From a virus (lineage: Duplodnaviria > Caudoviricetes): DNA of 38,660 nt. The stretch is from IMG/VR virus record IMGVR_UViG_3300037361_000007, positions 1 to 38,660 of that record. One strand, given 5' to 3'. The position numbers were made by a program, and so were the translations under genes. Positions 8,269-18,093 of this stretch are shown here, piece by piece. The stretch's first letter is position 1, and the number at the start of each line of letters is the position of its first letter. Under the pieces are notes generated by a model. The model made no database searches. It was not told the DNA's origin and saw only the letters and a list, made by a program, of their open reading frames with translations.

Positions 8269-10524
8269 TTGGATTATTCTGAATTCCTGCACAAAAAAAC
8301 CGAGATTGATTATGATTGCGGTTTCGATGTGCCGATTGAATCTATCCAGCATATGCTTAGGGATGGTAAATGGGGATATGAAGCCGCTATTGTAAAATGG
8401 GCTATCCGTAAAGGTCGAGCAGCTCTTTTTGAGGATTGCGGGCTTGGAAAATCAAAACAGCAGATTGAGTGGCTTAGGATTATTTGCCAGACAAAACATG
8501 CGAAGGGCTTGATTGTGTGTCCTCTCTCTATCGCGGATCAAACAATTGGAGAGGCTAGCGACATTGACGTTACTATTAAATATGTAACAGATTTCTCTGA
8601 ATGTTCTAGCATCGAAGGGCTCTATATTACTAACTATGAACGTCTTGACCATTTCATAGATCATGATTTCGGTGCAGTTGTACTAGACGAGAGTAGCATT
8701 TTGAAATCAGAGAACGGAAAAACAAAGACTCGTATTTTCCATATGTTCGATAAGGTACCCTATCGGCTTTCTTGCACGGCTACCCCCTCACCGAATGACA
8801 TTAGCGAAATGTCTAATCAGGTTGAATATCTAGGAATTATGTCTGCTAGTGAAATGCTATCTAAGTTTTTCGTGAATGATTCGGCTAAAGGAAATGGATG
8901 GCGGCTCAAGGGGCATGCGAAGGGTGACTTTTATCGATGGATGGCGACGTGGTGCGTATTCATTCGGCATCCGTCTGATATCGGATTTTCCGATGAGGGA
9001 TTCGAGCTTCCCCCTCTTAACATTCAGGCGCTCTATACCGATGTTGATTTTATACCAGAGGGCGAGCTTTTCCCCTCTGATAAACTTCATGGCCTAGTGG
9101 GGAGAATGGATGAGCGCAAAAAAACAATTGAGAGTCGAGTTAGTGCTATCGCACCTATCATAAATGATTCGCCCGACCAGTGGATTGTGTGGACTGGACT
9201 AAACGATGAGGCTAATTTGATAGCTAAAACTATTGATGGTGCCGTTAATGTAAAAGGCGATGATTCCATCGATTTCAAGATCAAGTCAATGACTGATTTT
9301 AAGAATAACAAAATTAAGGTACTCGACACAAAAGGGAAAATAGCCGGGTTTGGGCTCAATTTTCAGAATGCTCATAATATGGCATTCGTTGGTATAGGTG
9401 ATTCTTTTGAAATGTATTATCAGCTCATTAGGCGAGAATATCGATTCGGCCAAAAGTATCATGTGAATGTTATAATTGTGCTTTCAAATGCTGAACAGGG
9501 TATCCTTGCTAATGTACTCCGCAAGGAAAAGGAGAATGCAGAATTGATCGATGGAGTAGTTAGGGAAATGTCTGATTTTACTAAAGATGAAATCCAAACA
9601 GGAACAGTGAGGTACGAAGACAAGATGGAAACAAAGATTGTGAAGGGCGAGCATTATACCGCCATGGAAGGTGATTCTTGCGAAACGATCAAAACTCTTG
9701 CCACTGAATCCGTCGATCTTTCTATTTTCTCTCCTCCATTTTTTTCACTCTACACGTATAGCCCTTCTATGAGAGATATGGGCAACTCGAAAGATGATGC
9801 GGAGTTCTGGACTCATTTTAAATTCCTCATTCCAGAACTGTTTAGAGTTATTAAGACCGGGCGTATTTGTGCCGTTCATTGTATGCAGGTTCCCGCCCTT
9901 CTCAACAAGGATGGATATATCGGGGTAAAGGATTTTAGGGGCGACATTATTGATAACTTTTCCGATTGTGGATTTATCTATCATGGAGAGTTTGTAATTC
10001 CTAAAAACCCGCAAGCCCAGTCAATTCGTACTCATTCAAAGGGGCTCACCTTTACACAATTTGAGAAAGACTCTTCATGGAGTCGCCCCGCACTTCTTGA
10101 TTATGTTCTTGTTTTCAGAAAACCTGGAGATCCAGATGTTGTTGTTAAGAATGGCGATTTTGATGGTAGTGATGTTACGCGAGACGAGTGGATTGATATA
10201 GCATCGGGTATTCTTTCCCATGTCCGCGAGACTTATACCCTAAACACTATCAAATACGATGGCGATGAGCGCCATGTGTGCCCACTCGCCCTCGATGTTA
10301 TCGACATTATCACTAGGCTCTATTCTAATAAGGGAGAAATAGTTTATTCTCCATTCGGGGGTATTGGTTCCGAGGGGTATCAATCAATACTCAATGGGCG
10401 ATATGCTATCGAGGGTGAACTGAAGCCCGAGTATTTTGGGCAAATGGTTGATAACCTAAACAGGGCCGAACAGGAATTAAAGATAAAGGATAACGAGCTT
10501 TTCAGCAATCCAACTGCTAATTGA
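8269..10524 (+). CDS. SNF2-like helicase fused to a beta-class N4C/N6A DNA methyltransferase
   Basis: DCGLGKS, LDESS, CTATP, GFGLNFQ, Q.IRR.YRFGQ; then FSPPF (motif IV), HVCP and SPFGGIGS (motif I). AGGAGG SD with TTG start. Confidence 0.9.
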   Translation: MDYSEFLHKKTEIDYDCGFDVPIESIQHMLRDGKWGYEAAIVKWAIRKGRAALFEDCGLGKSKQQIEWLRIICQTKHAKGLIVCPLSIADQTIGEASDIDVTIKYVTDFSECSSIEGLYITNYERLDHFIDHDFGAVVLDESSILKSENGKTKTRIFHMFDKVPYRLSCTATPSPNDISEMSNQVEYLGIMSASEMLSKFFVNDSAKGNGWRLKGHAKGDFYRWMATWCVFIRHPSDIGFSDEGFELPPLNIQALYTDVDFIPEGELFPSDKLHGLVGRMDERKKTIESRVSAIAPIINDSPDQWIVWTGLNDEANLIAKTIDGAVNVKGDDSIDFKIKSMTDFKNNKIKVLDTKGKIAGFGLNFQNAHNMAFVGIGDSFEMYYQLIRREYRFGQKYHVNVIIVLSNAEQGILANVLRKEKENAELIDGVVREMSDFTKDEIQTGTVRYEDKMETKIVKGEHYTAMEGDSCETIKTLATESVDLSIFSPPFFSLYTYSPSMRDMGNSKDDAEFWTHFKFLIPELFRVIKTGRICAVHCMQVPALLNKDGYIGVKDFRGDIIDNFSDCGFIYHGEFVIPKNPQAQSIRTHSKGLTFTQFEKDSSWSRPALLDYVLVFRKPGDPDVVVKNGDFDGSDVTRDEWIDIASGILSHVRETYTLNTIKYDGDERHVCPLALDVIDIITRLYSNKGEIVYSPFGGIGSEGYQSILNGRYAIEGELKPEYFGQMVDNLNRAEQELKIKDNELFSNPTAN

Positions 10525-10531
10525 TTCAACT

Positions 10532-10564
10532 CCCCGCCCCTAACCGGGTGGGGTATTTTATTTT
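10532..10564 (+). terminator. intrinsic terminator
   Basis: CCCCGCCC/GGGTGGGG followed by TATTTTATTTT. Confidence 0.75.
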
Positions 10565-10569
10565 AGGAG

Positions 10570-11007
10570 GTGGCCTTGAAACGATGGGGAGATTTTGCCA
10601 GAGTATACGATAATGATTTCCTCTATATCATTAACACTGCCAAAATAGAAAATCCCTATCGCGACAGTGAAATATATATACCCTGGTTCTATATCCATAT
10701 CGCTAGCCGTGATGCAAAGAAACGCAAGTTGAGCGACGAACAAGATGCTAAGTGTAGGCTTGTTGGCAAGACCTTTAATATTGCAACTATGAATAAAATT
10801 GAGACCGCAATAAAGGAATATCTTAACTACTACAAGCCACTGCATATTGAAATTAGTGCCTACGGTGATGATTTTGGAAGACGGATTAACCTGTACTTCC
10901 GTAGACTTGAAAGAATGGGGTATGCTCTGTGTGATGTTGACAATGATACTTTTTATGAAGTCGCTTATTTCTTAGAAAGAAAGGAGAATGAAGATGCCCA
11001 CAACTAA
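10570..11007 (+). CDS. hypothetical protein
   Basis: AGGAGG SD; start is GTG 10570 or TTG 10576. Confidence 0.7.
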   Translation: MALKRWGDFARVYDNDFLYIINTAKIENPYRDSEIYIPWFYIHIASRDAKKRKLSDEQDAKCRLVGKTFNIATMNKIETAIKEYLNYYKPLHIEISAYGDDFGRRINLYFRRLERMGYALCDVDNDTFYEVAYFLERKENEDAHN

Positions 11008-11347
11008 ACATTTTATCGTGAAGGTTAAGCACCCGCTCGCCGCAAAAATTGACGAGGTAGCCGGTAAGCCCAAGCCTACCCATAAGCCCAAGGCCAAGAA
11101 ACCCAAAGGCCCGGCACAGACTCCGCCTAGCCCGCACAAAAAACCATCGGCCCGCGATCTTCTCCGCGCACAGGGTAAAGACTATTACATGTTTGTTCAG
11201 GAGATCGAGCTTTTCGACCGATGGTGTACACTCCTCGCCGCCCTCGCCGCTCCCCGTCCTAATGCAATCTTAACCGAATGGATAAAAGCCGATATTGCAG
11301 CGCTGGAAGTCCAGCTAGCGGATAGGGATAGCCGGAAAGATGTTTGA
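10988..11347 (+). CDS. Lys/Pro-rich hypothetical protein
   Basis: AAGGAG SD; basic low-complexity N-terminal half. Confidence 0.65.
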   Translation: MKMPTTKHFIVKVKHPLAAKIDEVAGKPKPTHKPKAKKPKGPAQTPPSPHKKPSARDLLRAQGKDYYMFVQEIELFDRWCTLLAALAAPRPNAILTEWIKADIAALEVQLADRDSRKDV

Positions 11348-11355
11348 CCTGAAAT

Positions 11356-11393
11356 CACTTCAACCTTTTGGCATATCTTACTATATATTATAT
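11356..11393 (+). promoter_or_regulatory. repeated motif copy 1 (ACTTCAA-N11-ATCTTACTATATATTATAT)
   Basis: Matches the copies at 12258 and 20579 with identical spacing. Confidence 0.75.
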
Positions 11394-11396
11394 GTA

Positions 11397-11527
11397 GGGT
11401 TAAGTTGCCAGCACCGACTTGACTCATTGCCTTGCATGAGGCGATAACATAGAGCGACTTGTGAGACTAGGGTAGCATGCGATACCCGAACCCGTGCTGG
11501 GGAGTCTCACCGGCCGCTTTTCTTTTA
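11397..11527 (+). ncRNA. structured leader/attenuator with kissing-loop complementarity
   Basis: 11-bp hairpin with loop CCAGCAC (11408-14), complementary to GTGCTGG (11494-500), which lies inside the GTGAGACT/AGTCTCAC stem; ends in a U-tract. Confidence 0.65.
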
Positions 11528-11544
11528 TCTAAGGAGCTTTCATC

Positions 11545-12249
11545 ATGGAAAGCAAAGATGTTCAAGTGTTTGGATTTGAGGGCAAGGATATTAGAACTGT
11601 GATGGTAAACGCCGAACCATGGTGGATTCTTGCGGATGTATGTAAGGTATTGGGTATAGCAAACAGCCGAGATGCTGCCGACAGATTGGATGAGGACGAA
11701 AAAAATACCGTCGTTCTAAACGACGGTATCCCAGGCAACCCAAACAAAACTATTGTCAATGAGTCTGGGCTATATAATGTCATAATTAGATCAGACAAAC
11801 CCGATGCTAAACGCTTTAGAAAATGGATAACTTCAGAGGTGCTACCCGCTATTCGCAAGACGGGCGGCTATCTTAGTCCTACTGTTGACTTTACAGATCC
11901 CGATAATATTCAGCGCGTCCTCGATTCTTGGAAAGAGGAGCGCCGCAAGCGGCTTGAGGCTGAGGCCCGCACTAATCGCCTTATTCATAATAATAGAACA
12001 TACACCACTACGGAGATTGCAAAAGAGCTTAATTTTAGGTCGGCGCAAGAATTGAATAATGATCTTGCTGCCAGGGGTATACAGTACAAAGATAGGCGTG
12101 GAGTATGGCTTCTTAATTCAGAGTATTCCGGTAAGGACTTTGTGAACATTAAACAAAAGGAAGTTAACGGAACTACGGTATATTATTCGGAGTGGACGGG
12201 GCTTGGTCGCGATTGGCTTGTTGGAATGTATCATACAAGCAAGGATTAG
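11545..12249 (+). CDS. BRO-N antirepressor with KilAC/ANT-like C-terminal domain
   Basis: PWWILADVCKVL, VNESGLY.VI.RSDKP.AK.F.KWITSEVLP.IRKTGGY; then TTTEIAKEL. Confidence 0.9.
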   Translation: MESKDVQVFGFEGKDIRTVMVNAEPWWILADVCKVLGIANSRDAADRLDEDEKNTVVLNDGIPGNPNKTIVNESGLYNVIIRSDKPDAKRFRKWITSEVLPAIRKTGGYLSPTVDFTDPDNIQRVLDSWKEERRKRLEAEARTNRLIHNNRTYTTTEIAKELNFRSAQELNNDLAARGIQYKDRRGVWLLNSEYSGKDFVNIKQKEVNGTTVYYSEWTGLGRDWLVGMYHTSKD

Positions 12250-12257
12250 CCCCAATG

Positions 12258-12295
12258 TACTTCAAACTTTCGATGAATCTTACTATATATTATAT
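12258..12295 (+). promoter_or_regulatory. repeated motif copy 2
   Basis: TACTTCAAACTTTCGATGAATCTTACTATATATTATAT. Confidence 0.75.
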
Positions 12296-12301
12296 AGAGA
12301 C

Positions 12302-12442
12302 AGTTCAATCAGGGCCATACCCCGGTTGACGAACTAGAAGAGATTGGCTATGATAGCCCTACACCTATCGCCGCCAATTTTGAGCGGGATTCCCGATGAT
12401 AAGACCGAGTGTAGGCGGTCAAGTTGTCGGGCTTTTTATTTT
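12302..12442 (+). ncRNA. structured leader/attenuator with kissing-loop complementarity
   Basis: Hairpin loop CCTACAC (12358-64), complementary to GTGTAGG (12409-15) in the loop of the terminator-like stem CCCGATGAT/GTTGTCGGG, followed by a T-tract. Confidence 0.65.
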
Positions 12443-12455
12443 CAAAGGAGTTGCC

Positions 12456-13223
12456 ATGGAACTATCAATTGATAAGATCAAAATGGATGCAGGGACACAA
12501 CCCAGGGCCTGCTTGAACAATGATGTGATAAACGAGTATGCTTCAGCAATGACGGCCGGGGAGCAATTCCCGCCCGTAGTTGTCTTCTACGATGGGAAAG
12601 TGTACTACCTCGCAGATGGGTTTCATCGAGTTAATGCGGCTATTGCTTGTACTAAGACCAAAATAGAGTCCGATGTTAAGCAGGGAACTAGGCGTGATGC
12701 CATCCTCTATAGCGTAGGCGTAAATGCAACTCACGGTCTACGCCGGACAAATGAAGATAAACGCCGGGCCGTTATGCTCCTCCTTGAAGACAAAGAATGG
12801 AGTAGCTGGAGCGACTATGAGATAGCGAAAAGAGTAAATGTTTCTCATACCTTTGTAGCAGGGTTGCGTTCTGTCACTAGCAACGTTTCTAGTGAGAAAA
12901 CCTATACCGACAAGCACGGTACAACTACCACAATGAACACGGCCAATATAGGCAAGTCAAAACCGGAGCCACTCGAAAACGAGAGCCCCAATATCTTTGA
13001 ACAAGAGGAAGATACAGGGGAGGCGCAAGAATGCGAAGCGGATGAGGAAGATGAAACAGAAAGCAACTCTCAAGAAAAGGTAGAGACAGCGGTATCTCAT
13101 ACGGAATCATACATCGAGATTAGACTAATCGCTCTTGACGATGACATTTCACGCGGTGAGTATGTCCACTCGATGATGAAGTTCCTGAAAGAAAAGGGTA
13201 TAGAATATACCCGGAACGTATAA
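12456..13223 (+). CDS. ParB/Srx N-terminal-domain protein with HTH
   Basis: TQPR, FPPVVVF, LADGFHRV.A, SDYEIAKRVNVSH; start at ATG 12456 after AAGGAG. Confidence 0.85.
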   Translation: MELSIDKIKMDAGTQPRACLNNDVINEYASAMTAGEQFPPVVVFYDGKVYYLADGFHRVNAAIACTKTKIESDVKQGTRRDAILYSVGVNATHGLRRTNEDKRRAVMLLLEDKEWSSWSDYEIAKRVNVSHTFVAGLRSVTSNVSSEKTYTDKHGTTTTMNTANIGKSKPEPLENESPNIFEQEEDTGEAQECEADEEDETESNSQEKVETAVSHTESYIEIRLIALDDDISRGEYVHSMMKFLKEKGIEYTRNV

Positions 13224-13236
13224 GGAGAAAAGGCAA

Positions 13237-13959
13237 ATGAGAAGCACATTTAAGTCCATTGATATTGCGGCGCAACTTAGCGGCGATATTGGAATGACGG
13301 TAGATACTGGATATATCTATAAGGCGGCGCATGATTGTTGGCCAGAGTTTAAGGGCAAGTTTGGGGATGAGACTTTTACTCTTGATTTCAAAGTGAAGAT
13401 AACTGAATACGCTGTTACATGGTATCATAAAACTAATGCTCCGTCTTTTTCTAAGTGGCTTTCTGATACTGGGAAGACTAGACCTGCTAGATATATAGTT
13501 CCTGAAATTGTTCCCGCTAAAAGTATCAAGTCTCCAAAGAAGGATGCTCATGGAGAGTATGTTACCATCGAGCAACTTCATAAAATTATCAATACAATCG
13601 AGAGTAAGTATGATAAGAAAACGAAGGAGCTTGAGAAGCAAATAACTTCAAAGCCTGTCAAACTTATTGCCGATACTACAAAGAGGGAGACTAGAGAGAA
13701 TGACCCCAGGCTTGCGGATATAAACAAAAAGGTAACTAACTTTGTAATGCAAAATAATATATCCGCTCAAATTACATGGGTAACCATCCGGCAACTCTTT
13801 GCTAAAAAGAATGGACTTAATATTGAGCTTAAAGGGAACCAATCTTTTCCACAGTGGACTAGAAGCAATAACTATATAGATTTATTTGAGACGCAATTGC
13901 AGGGCATTCTCGATACAATTTATGATCGATTAGTAAAACAGCCCCCTCTACAGTTCTAG
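13237..13959 (+). CDS. hypothetical protein (possibly DNA-binding)
   Basis: AAGGAG SD; 240-aa basic ORF in the replication operon. Confidence 0.7.
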   Translation: MRSTFKSIDIAAQLSGDIGMTVDTGYIYKAAHDCWPEFKGKFGDETFTLDFKVKITEYAVTWYHKTNAPSFSKWLSDTGKTRPARYIVPEIVPAKSIKSPKKDAHGEYVTIEQLHKIINTIESKYDKKTKELEKQITSKPVKLIADTTKRETRENDPRLADINKKVTNFVMQNNISAQITWVTIRQLFAKKNGLNIELKGNQSFPQWTRSNNYIDLFETQLQGILDTIYDRLVKQPPLQF

Positions 13960-14016
13960 TTAATATGGGCCATGAGGATAAATATTTATACCCTCATGGC
14001 CCGATGGAGTAAATAT

Positions 14017-14814
14017 ATGAATTATTCTTTTGATATTGACGTAGCTAAAAAATATGGCCTCGATGAGGCTATAATGATTTACAACTTTCAGTTCTGGATT
14101 ATGAAAAATAGGGCATGCGGTAAACATGAGCATGATGGGCACACCTGGACATATAATAGTGTTAAGGCATTTTCCGAGCTTTTCCCATTCTGGAATGAAG
14201 ACAAAATAAAAAGAATACTTTCCAGCCTAAGGGATCAAAAGGTTTTAATAACTGGAAATTATAATCAAAATGCCTATGACCGGACATTGTGGTATGCTTT
14301 TGAAGACGAATCCATTTTCCTACCATGCACTATCGATAGTGCAAATATGCCTAATGGAAAATGTGCCAATGCACGACCTATACCAGATATTAAACAAGAT
14401 AGTAAACCTAATGATAAACCTAATATAAGAGGAAGCGTGGTTCCGGCTACGCCTTCACCGCCTTCTCTTGATTCAAGCGCTGATTCAACTTTATTCGGCG
14501 AGAGTGACAACGCACAGGAGGAAATTAAAGATACTGTTCCGCCGCGAGTCGATAAAAAAGTATTTAGAAAACCAACCGTTGACGAGGTACGGGCCTATTG
14601 TACTGAACGGGGAAATAGTATAGACCCGGAATACTTTGTGAACTATAATGAATCACGGGGATGGGTAGTCGGTAAGTCGCCTATGAAGGACTGGAGGGCC
14701 ACTATAAGGACATGGGAGCAACACGAAAGGCAATACGCAAAGACGAACGGGGCTGATGCTAAGGGCTGTCGCAATGCGGCTAGAAGCGATACTTATAATC
14801 TTCAAGTTGAGTAA
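14017..14814 (+). CDS. phage replication initiator / replisome organiser
   Basis: N-terminal A.KYG..EA...HDG.TW.YNS...F.ELFPFW; C-terminal F.KPTVDEV...F...ES.GW.VGKSPMKDW.A.IRTWE; lies upstream of DnaC- and DnaB-like genes. Confidence 0.8.
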   Translation: MNYSFDIDVAKKYGLDEAIMIYNFQFWIMKNRACGKHEHDGHTWTYNSVKAFSELFPFWNEDKIKRILSSLRDQKVLITGNYNQNAYDRTLWYAFEDESIFLPCTIDSANMPNGKCANARPIPDIKQDSKPNDKPNIRGSVVPATPSPPSLDSSADSTLFGESDNAQEEIKDTVPPRVDKKVFRKPTVDEVRAYCTERGNSIDPEYFVNYNESRGWVVGKSPMKDWRATIRTWEQHERQYAKTNGADAKGCRNAARSDTYNLQVE

Positions 14815-14827
14815 AGGAGGCCACTAA

Positions 14828-15556
14828 TTGACTAACCATTGTGACAAGCATAATCTCGATTATGAGTCTATCGAGGTCGGGTTTATGGGAATCGAGTCGG
14901 GCTGTCCTGAATGCGCAAAGGAAGCCGAGGAGCAATTTGAGCGCGAGGAGCTAGACCGTAAAGCCGTGGCAGAAAATCAGGCCAACGAAGCGCGGTATTT
15001 TGCGATGGGGATAAAGCCTAAGTATTTCGGATCAACTCTAGACAACTTTGTGGCCGACACGCCGGAACTACAAAAGGGGCTTTCGGCTATCCGCGATTTG
15101 GTTGACGGTAAAATCAAGTCGGTAATTTTGACGGGAAGTTGGGGGACTGGTAAAACGCATCTTGCTTGCTCGGCTGTTAAGGCCATGGGCGGTCAAATTA
15201 TTAAGATGTTTGCAATCTCCGAAATGATACGGGCGTCTTATGTCGATCATAGCCGGGGAACGAGTCTTGATATTATGAACTATCTTGCTAGTGTTTCCCT
15301 CCTGGCGATCGATGAGATTGGGCGGACGAAGGGAAGCGAGGCTGAGCTTCAATGGCTTTCGTATATTATCGATGAGCGGTATTCAAGTGAGTTGCCAACT
15401 ATTATGATTTCTAACCGGTCTATGAAGTCACGATGCGAGGCCGGGAAAGAATCGGAGTGTTTCGAGAACTTCGTGGGGGAGGATATACTTTCGAGATTGC
15501 GCGAGAGTTGCCGGGTGATTATGTTTACGGGCGAAGATAGGAGAGTTAGCCATTGA
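14828..15556 (+). CDS. DnaC/IstB-like helicase loader
   Basis: GSWGTGKTHLA, LLAIDEIG, PTIMISN, ILSRL; N-terminal Cys/His cluster. Confidence 0.9.
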   Translation: MTNHCDKHNLDYESIEVGFMGIESGCPECAKEAEEQFEREELDRKAVAENQANEARYFAMGIKPKYFGSTLDNFVADTPELQKGLSAIRDLVDGKIKSVILTGSWGTGKTHLACSAVKAMGGQIIKMFAISEMIRASYVDHSRGTSLDIMNYLASVSLLAIDEIGRTKGSEAELQWLSYIIDERYSSELPTIMISNRSMKSRCEAGKESECFENFVGEDILSRLRESCRVIMFTGEDRRVSH

Positions 15557-16845
15557 TCGATAATCCGAACTTTTATGACATTGACGCGGAGAAGGCTGTA
15601 CTCGGGGCCGTGCTGGTTGATAACTCTTGCATGGATGATATTCGTAGCCTTCTTGCGCCGGATGATTTCTACCAATATCAAGACCAATTACTATGGACAA
15701 TATTTCAGGAGCGGGCCGAAAAGAAACTGTCAATCAACCTAATTTCTATCAATGACGAAGTTAGGATGCGGGGATATGAGATTGATCTTACCTATATCAC
15801 TTCGCTTAATGACAATGTTTGCTCATCGGCGAATGTTAAGTATTATGTCAAGATTGTAAAAGACAAGTCTATCAAGCGATCGCTATGGAAAATAAACTCG
15901 GCTAGTGCGGACGATCTCGTAAGTGGTAGCAAGACCGGAATTGAAATTGCGAATGATCTTGAACAAAGCGCGAGCAATCTTGCGACGAAAAACGAGGTCG
16001 GGAAATACGTCAAGATTGCATCCGTGTTGCCGGACACAATCAGAAAACTAGAGTTTTACAAAAATCATCCCGATGAATTGTTTGGGGTTACTTCGGGATT
16101 TAAGAGCGTTGATAATATCACGGGCGGAATACGTGATGAGGACTATGTGATAATTGGAGCAAGGCCGAGCGTTGGCAAGAGCGCCTGTGCGGTAACTATG
16201 GCGAATAACATAGCTATAGAAAATCATATTCCAATTGGTTTTTTCTCTTGCGAAATGTCGAGGGAATTGATAAACGAAAGGCAGGTTTTTGCTCTTTCAG
16301 GAATGACCAAGCGTAGAATGAAGTTCGGGCATTTAAGCAAAAAACAGGCCGAGGATATACAAAACGCTTGTATGAAAATCGCCGATGCCCCGTTTTTCAT
16401 TGACGACACTCCGAATATCACACTTAGCGCATTTCGAGCATCGGCCAGGAAGATGATTCATAACGAAGGAGTAAAGATTATTTTCATCGACTATGCTGGA
16501 CTCATAGATGCCGAGCAACCGAAACTTCCGAGATGGCAACAAATGTCAATAGTATCAAGAGAGATAAAACAATTTACACGGGAGAACAAAGTCCCGGTAG
16601 TAGCATTGATGCAATTGCGTCGAGAATCGGAAGGTAAAAGACCGTCCCTTGCCGATCTTAGAGATTCTGGAAGTTTTGAACAAGACGGGGATACTATTTT
16701 TTTCCTTCATCGAGAGCATGAGCCAGAATTGAACTCCGAGATAATTGAAACTGACTTGATTTGTGCAAAGCAAAGGAACGGCCCAGTGGGTACAATTAAG
16801 CTCAATTTTTATCCCGAACTTGTAAAGTTTGAAGACAAGGAATAG
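15553..16845 (+). CDS. dnaB: replicative DNA helicase
   Basis: AEKAVLG, GARPSVGKS, FSCEM, IFIDY, LRDSGSFEQDGD, KQRNGPVG. Confidence 0.95.
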   Translation: MIDNPNFYDIDAEKAVLGAVLVDNSCMDDIRSLLAPDDFYQYQDQLLWTIFQERAEKKLSINLISINDEVRMRGYEIDLTYITSLNDNVCSSANVKYYVKIVKDKSIKRSLWKINSASADDLVSGSKTGIEIANDLEQSASNLATKNEVGKYVKIASVLPDTIRKLEFYKNHPDELFGVTSGFKSVDNITGGIRDEDYVIIGARPSVGKSACAVTMANNIAIENHIPIGFFSCEMSRELINERQVFALSGMTKRRMKFGHLSKKQAEDIQNACMKIADAPFFIDDTPNITLSAFRASARKMIHNEGVKIIFIDYAGLIDAEQPKLPRWQQMSIVSREIKQFTRENKVPVVALMQLRRESEGKRPSLADLRDSGSFEQDGDTIFFLHREHEPELNSEIIETDLICAKQRNGPVGTIKLNFYPELVKFEDKE

Positions 16846-16856
16846 GGGGTGGTGGA

Positions 16857-17138
16857 ATGAAATTGCGTCAACATCGTGGCGGACTATCTGAATCAATGGC
16901 GACGGTAGTTAATATCGAACCAACAAAAAAGGCGTTAGTAGAGGAAATAACAAAACAGTATAAAGACGTGATAGACATGGGTATGGTTTCGGTAGATGAA
17001 TCAACGGTGAGCGTTGAGTCATACGGCGGAATGGATGAGCGTATCGGGTGGGATACTTATATTGTTATGATAAAAAATTGGGGACCTTATGGCTTTACTG
17101 ATGGCCCACTACTTGACGAAACTAAAAGCAAGGCATAG
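16857..17138 (+). CDS. phage hypothetical protein
   Basis: R.HRGGL.ESM.T...D.RIGWDTYIV...GFTDGP pattern. Confidence 0.75.
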   Translation: MKLRQHRGGLSESMATVVNIEPTKKALVEEITKQYKDVIDMGMVSVDESTVSVESYGGMDERIGWDTYIVMIKNWGPYGFTDGPLLDETKSKA

Positions 17139-17159
17139 ATTAAACAAGGAGGCCTAGGT

Positions 17160-17786
17160 ATGGATAAAGAGATTTGTTACGAGGCTATCGAAGCGGCTGA
17201 TGAAATTGACGATGCTATCGAGCTTGCGCGGGTTAGTGGTAATTGGGATGGGACTTACACGATGATTATGGCAACGGTTGATAATGCGATACGTAAAGCT
17301 ATGGGCAATCAAACTGCTACGAATTTTATTCGAGCGACGTTGGTTCTAGCCAAGAAAGAAATTGAGCGGCTTGGGACCATGGTTGATGAAGAGTTTGACG
17401 GCATTGATAGCGGAGAAAATCAGGTTGCTAAAGAGATAGACTATGCAATTTCTCTTTTCCCTATTATTTGTGCCGCATTGAGCGACAAGCCCCAGGTCGA
17501 TGCAAACGGGGAGCTGATAAATATCGCAGCCCAGGCCATAAGAGAGCTATCGCAAACAATCAGACAAGATCAACCGCATTTGTCTATATGGTCGCGGGAC
17601 GGGTTAGAAGCGCTTGATGGGCTTCGAATAATCTGTGCCCGCCCCGCGCCGACCGCAGAGAAGGCGCTTAGGGAGGCGCTGGCGAATCTCGAATATCAGA
17701 TAAGCACCGATGGAGGAGAAGATGCAATTGAGTTTGCAATGCAGCAAGCCCAAGACGCCCTCGCCACGCCCGAGAACAAGGAGTAA
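17160..17786 (+). CDS. hypothetical protein
   Basis: AAGGAGG SD. Confidence 0.7.
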   Translation: MDKEICYEAIEAADEIDDAIELARVSGNWDGTYTMIMATVDNAIRKAMGNQTATNFIRATLVLAKKEIERLGTMVDEEFDGIDSGENQVAKEIDYAISLFPIICAALSDKPQVDANGELINIAAQAIRELSQTIRQDQPHLSIWSRDGLEALDGLRIICARPAPTAEKALREALANLEYQISTDGGEDAIEFAMQQAQDALATPENKE

Positions 17787-17789
17787 GAC

Positions 17790-18089
17790 ATGGCCAATGA
17801 ATGCAATATTTACAATACCAATTTGCAGATAGTTACAGAGCCCGACGGTAGCCGATGGGTACCGCTCGAGGAATATAATAAAATACAATTAGATAATAAG
17901 ACATTAGAAATGAAAGTTGGCGCATTAGTTCATGCAATAAGAAAGTTCAGGAATAATACCGATAGCGGAGAAGATGAATATTGTCCATTTGTTTCAAACC
18001 GTGAAGCGGAGTTATATGATATAATTAAGCCATATGATGATATCTTATTGGGACGGCTTAAAACTATTGCAACAAAGAGCGGGGAATAG
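17790..18089 (+). CDS. hypothetical protein
   Basis: AAGGAG SD; tight packing. Confidence 0.7.
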   Translation: MANECNIYNTNLQIVTEPDGSRWVPLEEYNKIQLDNKTLEMKVGALVHAIRKFRNNTDSGEDEYCPFVSNREAELYDIIKPYDDILLGRLKTIATKSGE

Positions 18090-18093
18090 AGGA

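Noticed and set aside
12396-12455. Upstream start given by the ORF track for the ParB gene
   Set aside because: It lies inside the terminator-like leader; ATG 12456 has an AAGGAG SD.
13957-14017. TAG read-through fusing 13237..13959 to the replication initiator (in frame)
   Set aside because: The initiator has its own GGAG SD and start at 14017; in-frame adjacency happens one time in three by chance.
14388-14424. Iterons/origin inside the initiator gene (TAAACCTAAT twice, 12-nt period)
   Set aside because: The position is plausible, but there are only two good copies and they coincide with a KPN peptide repeat. Too weak to call.
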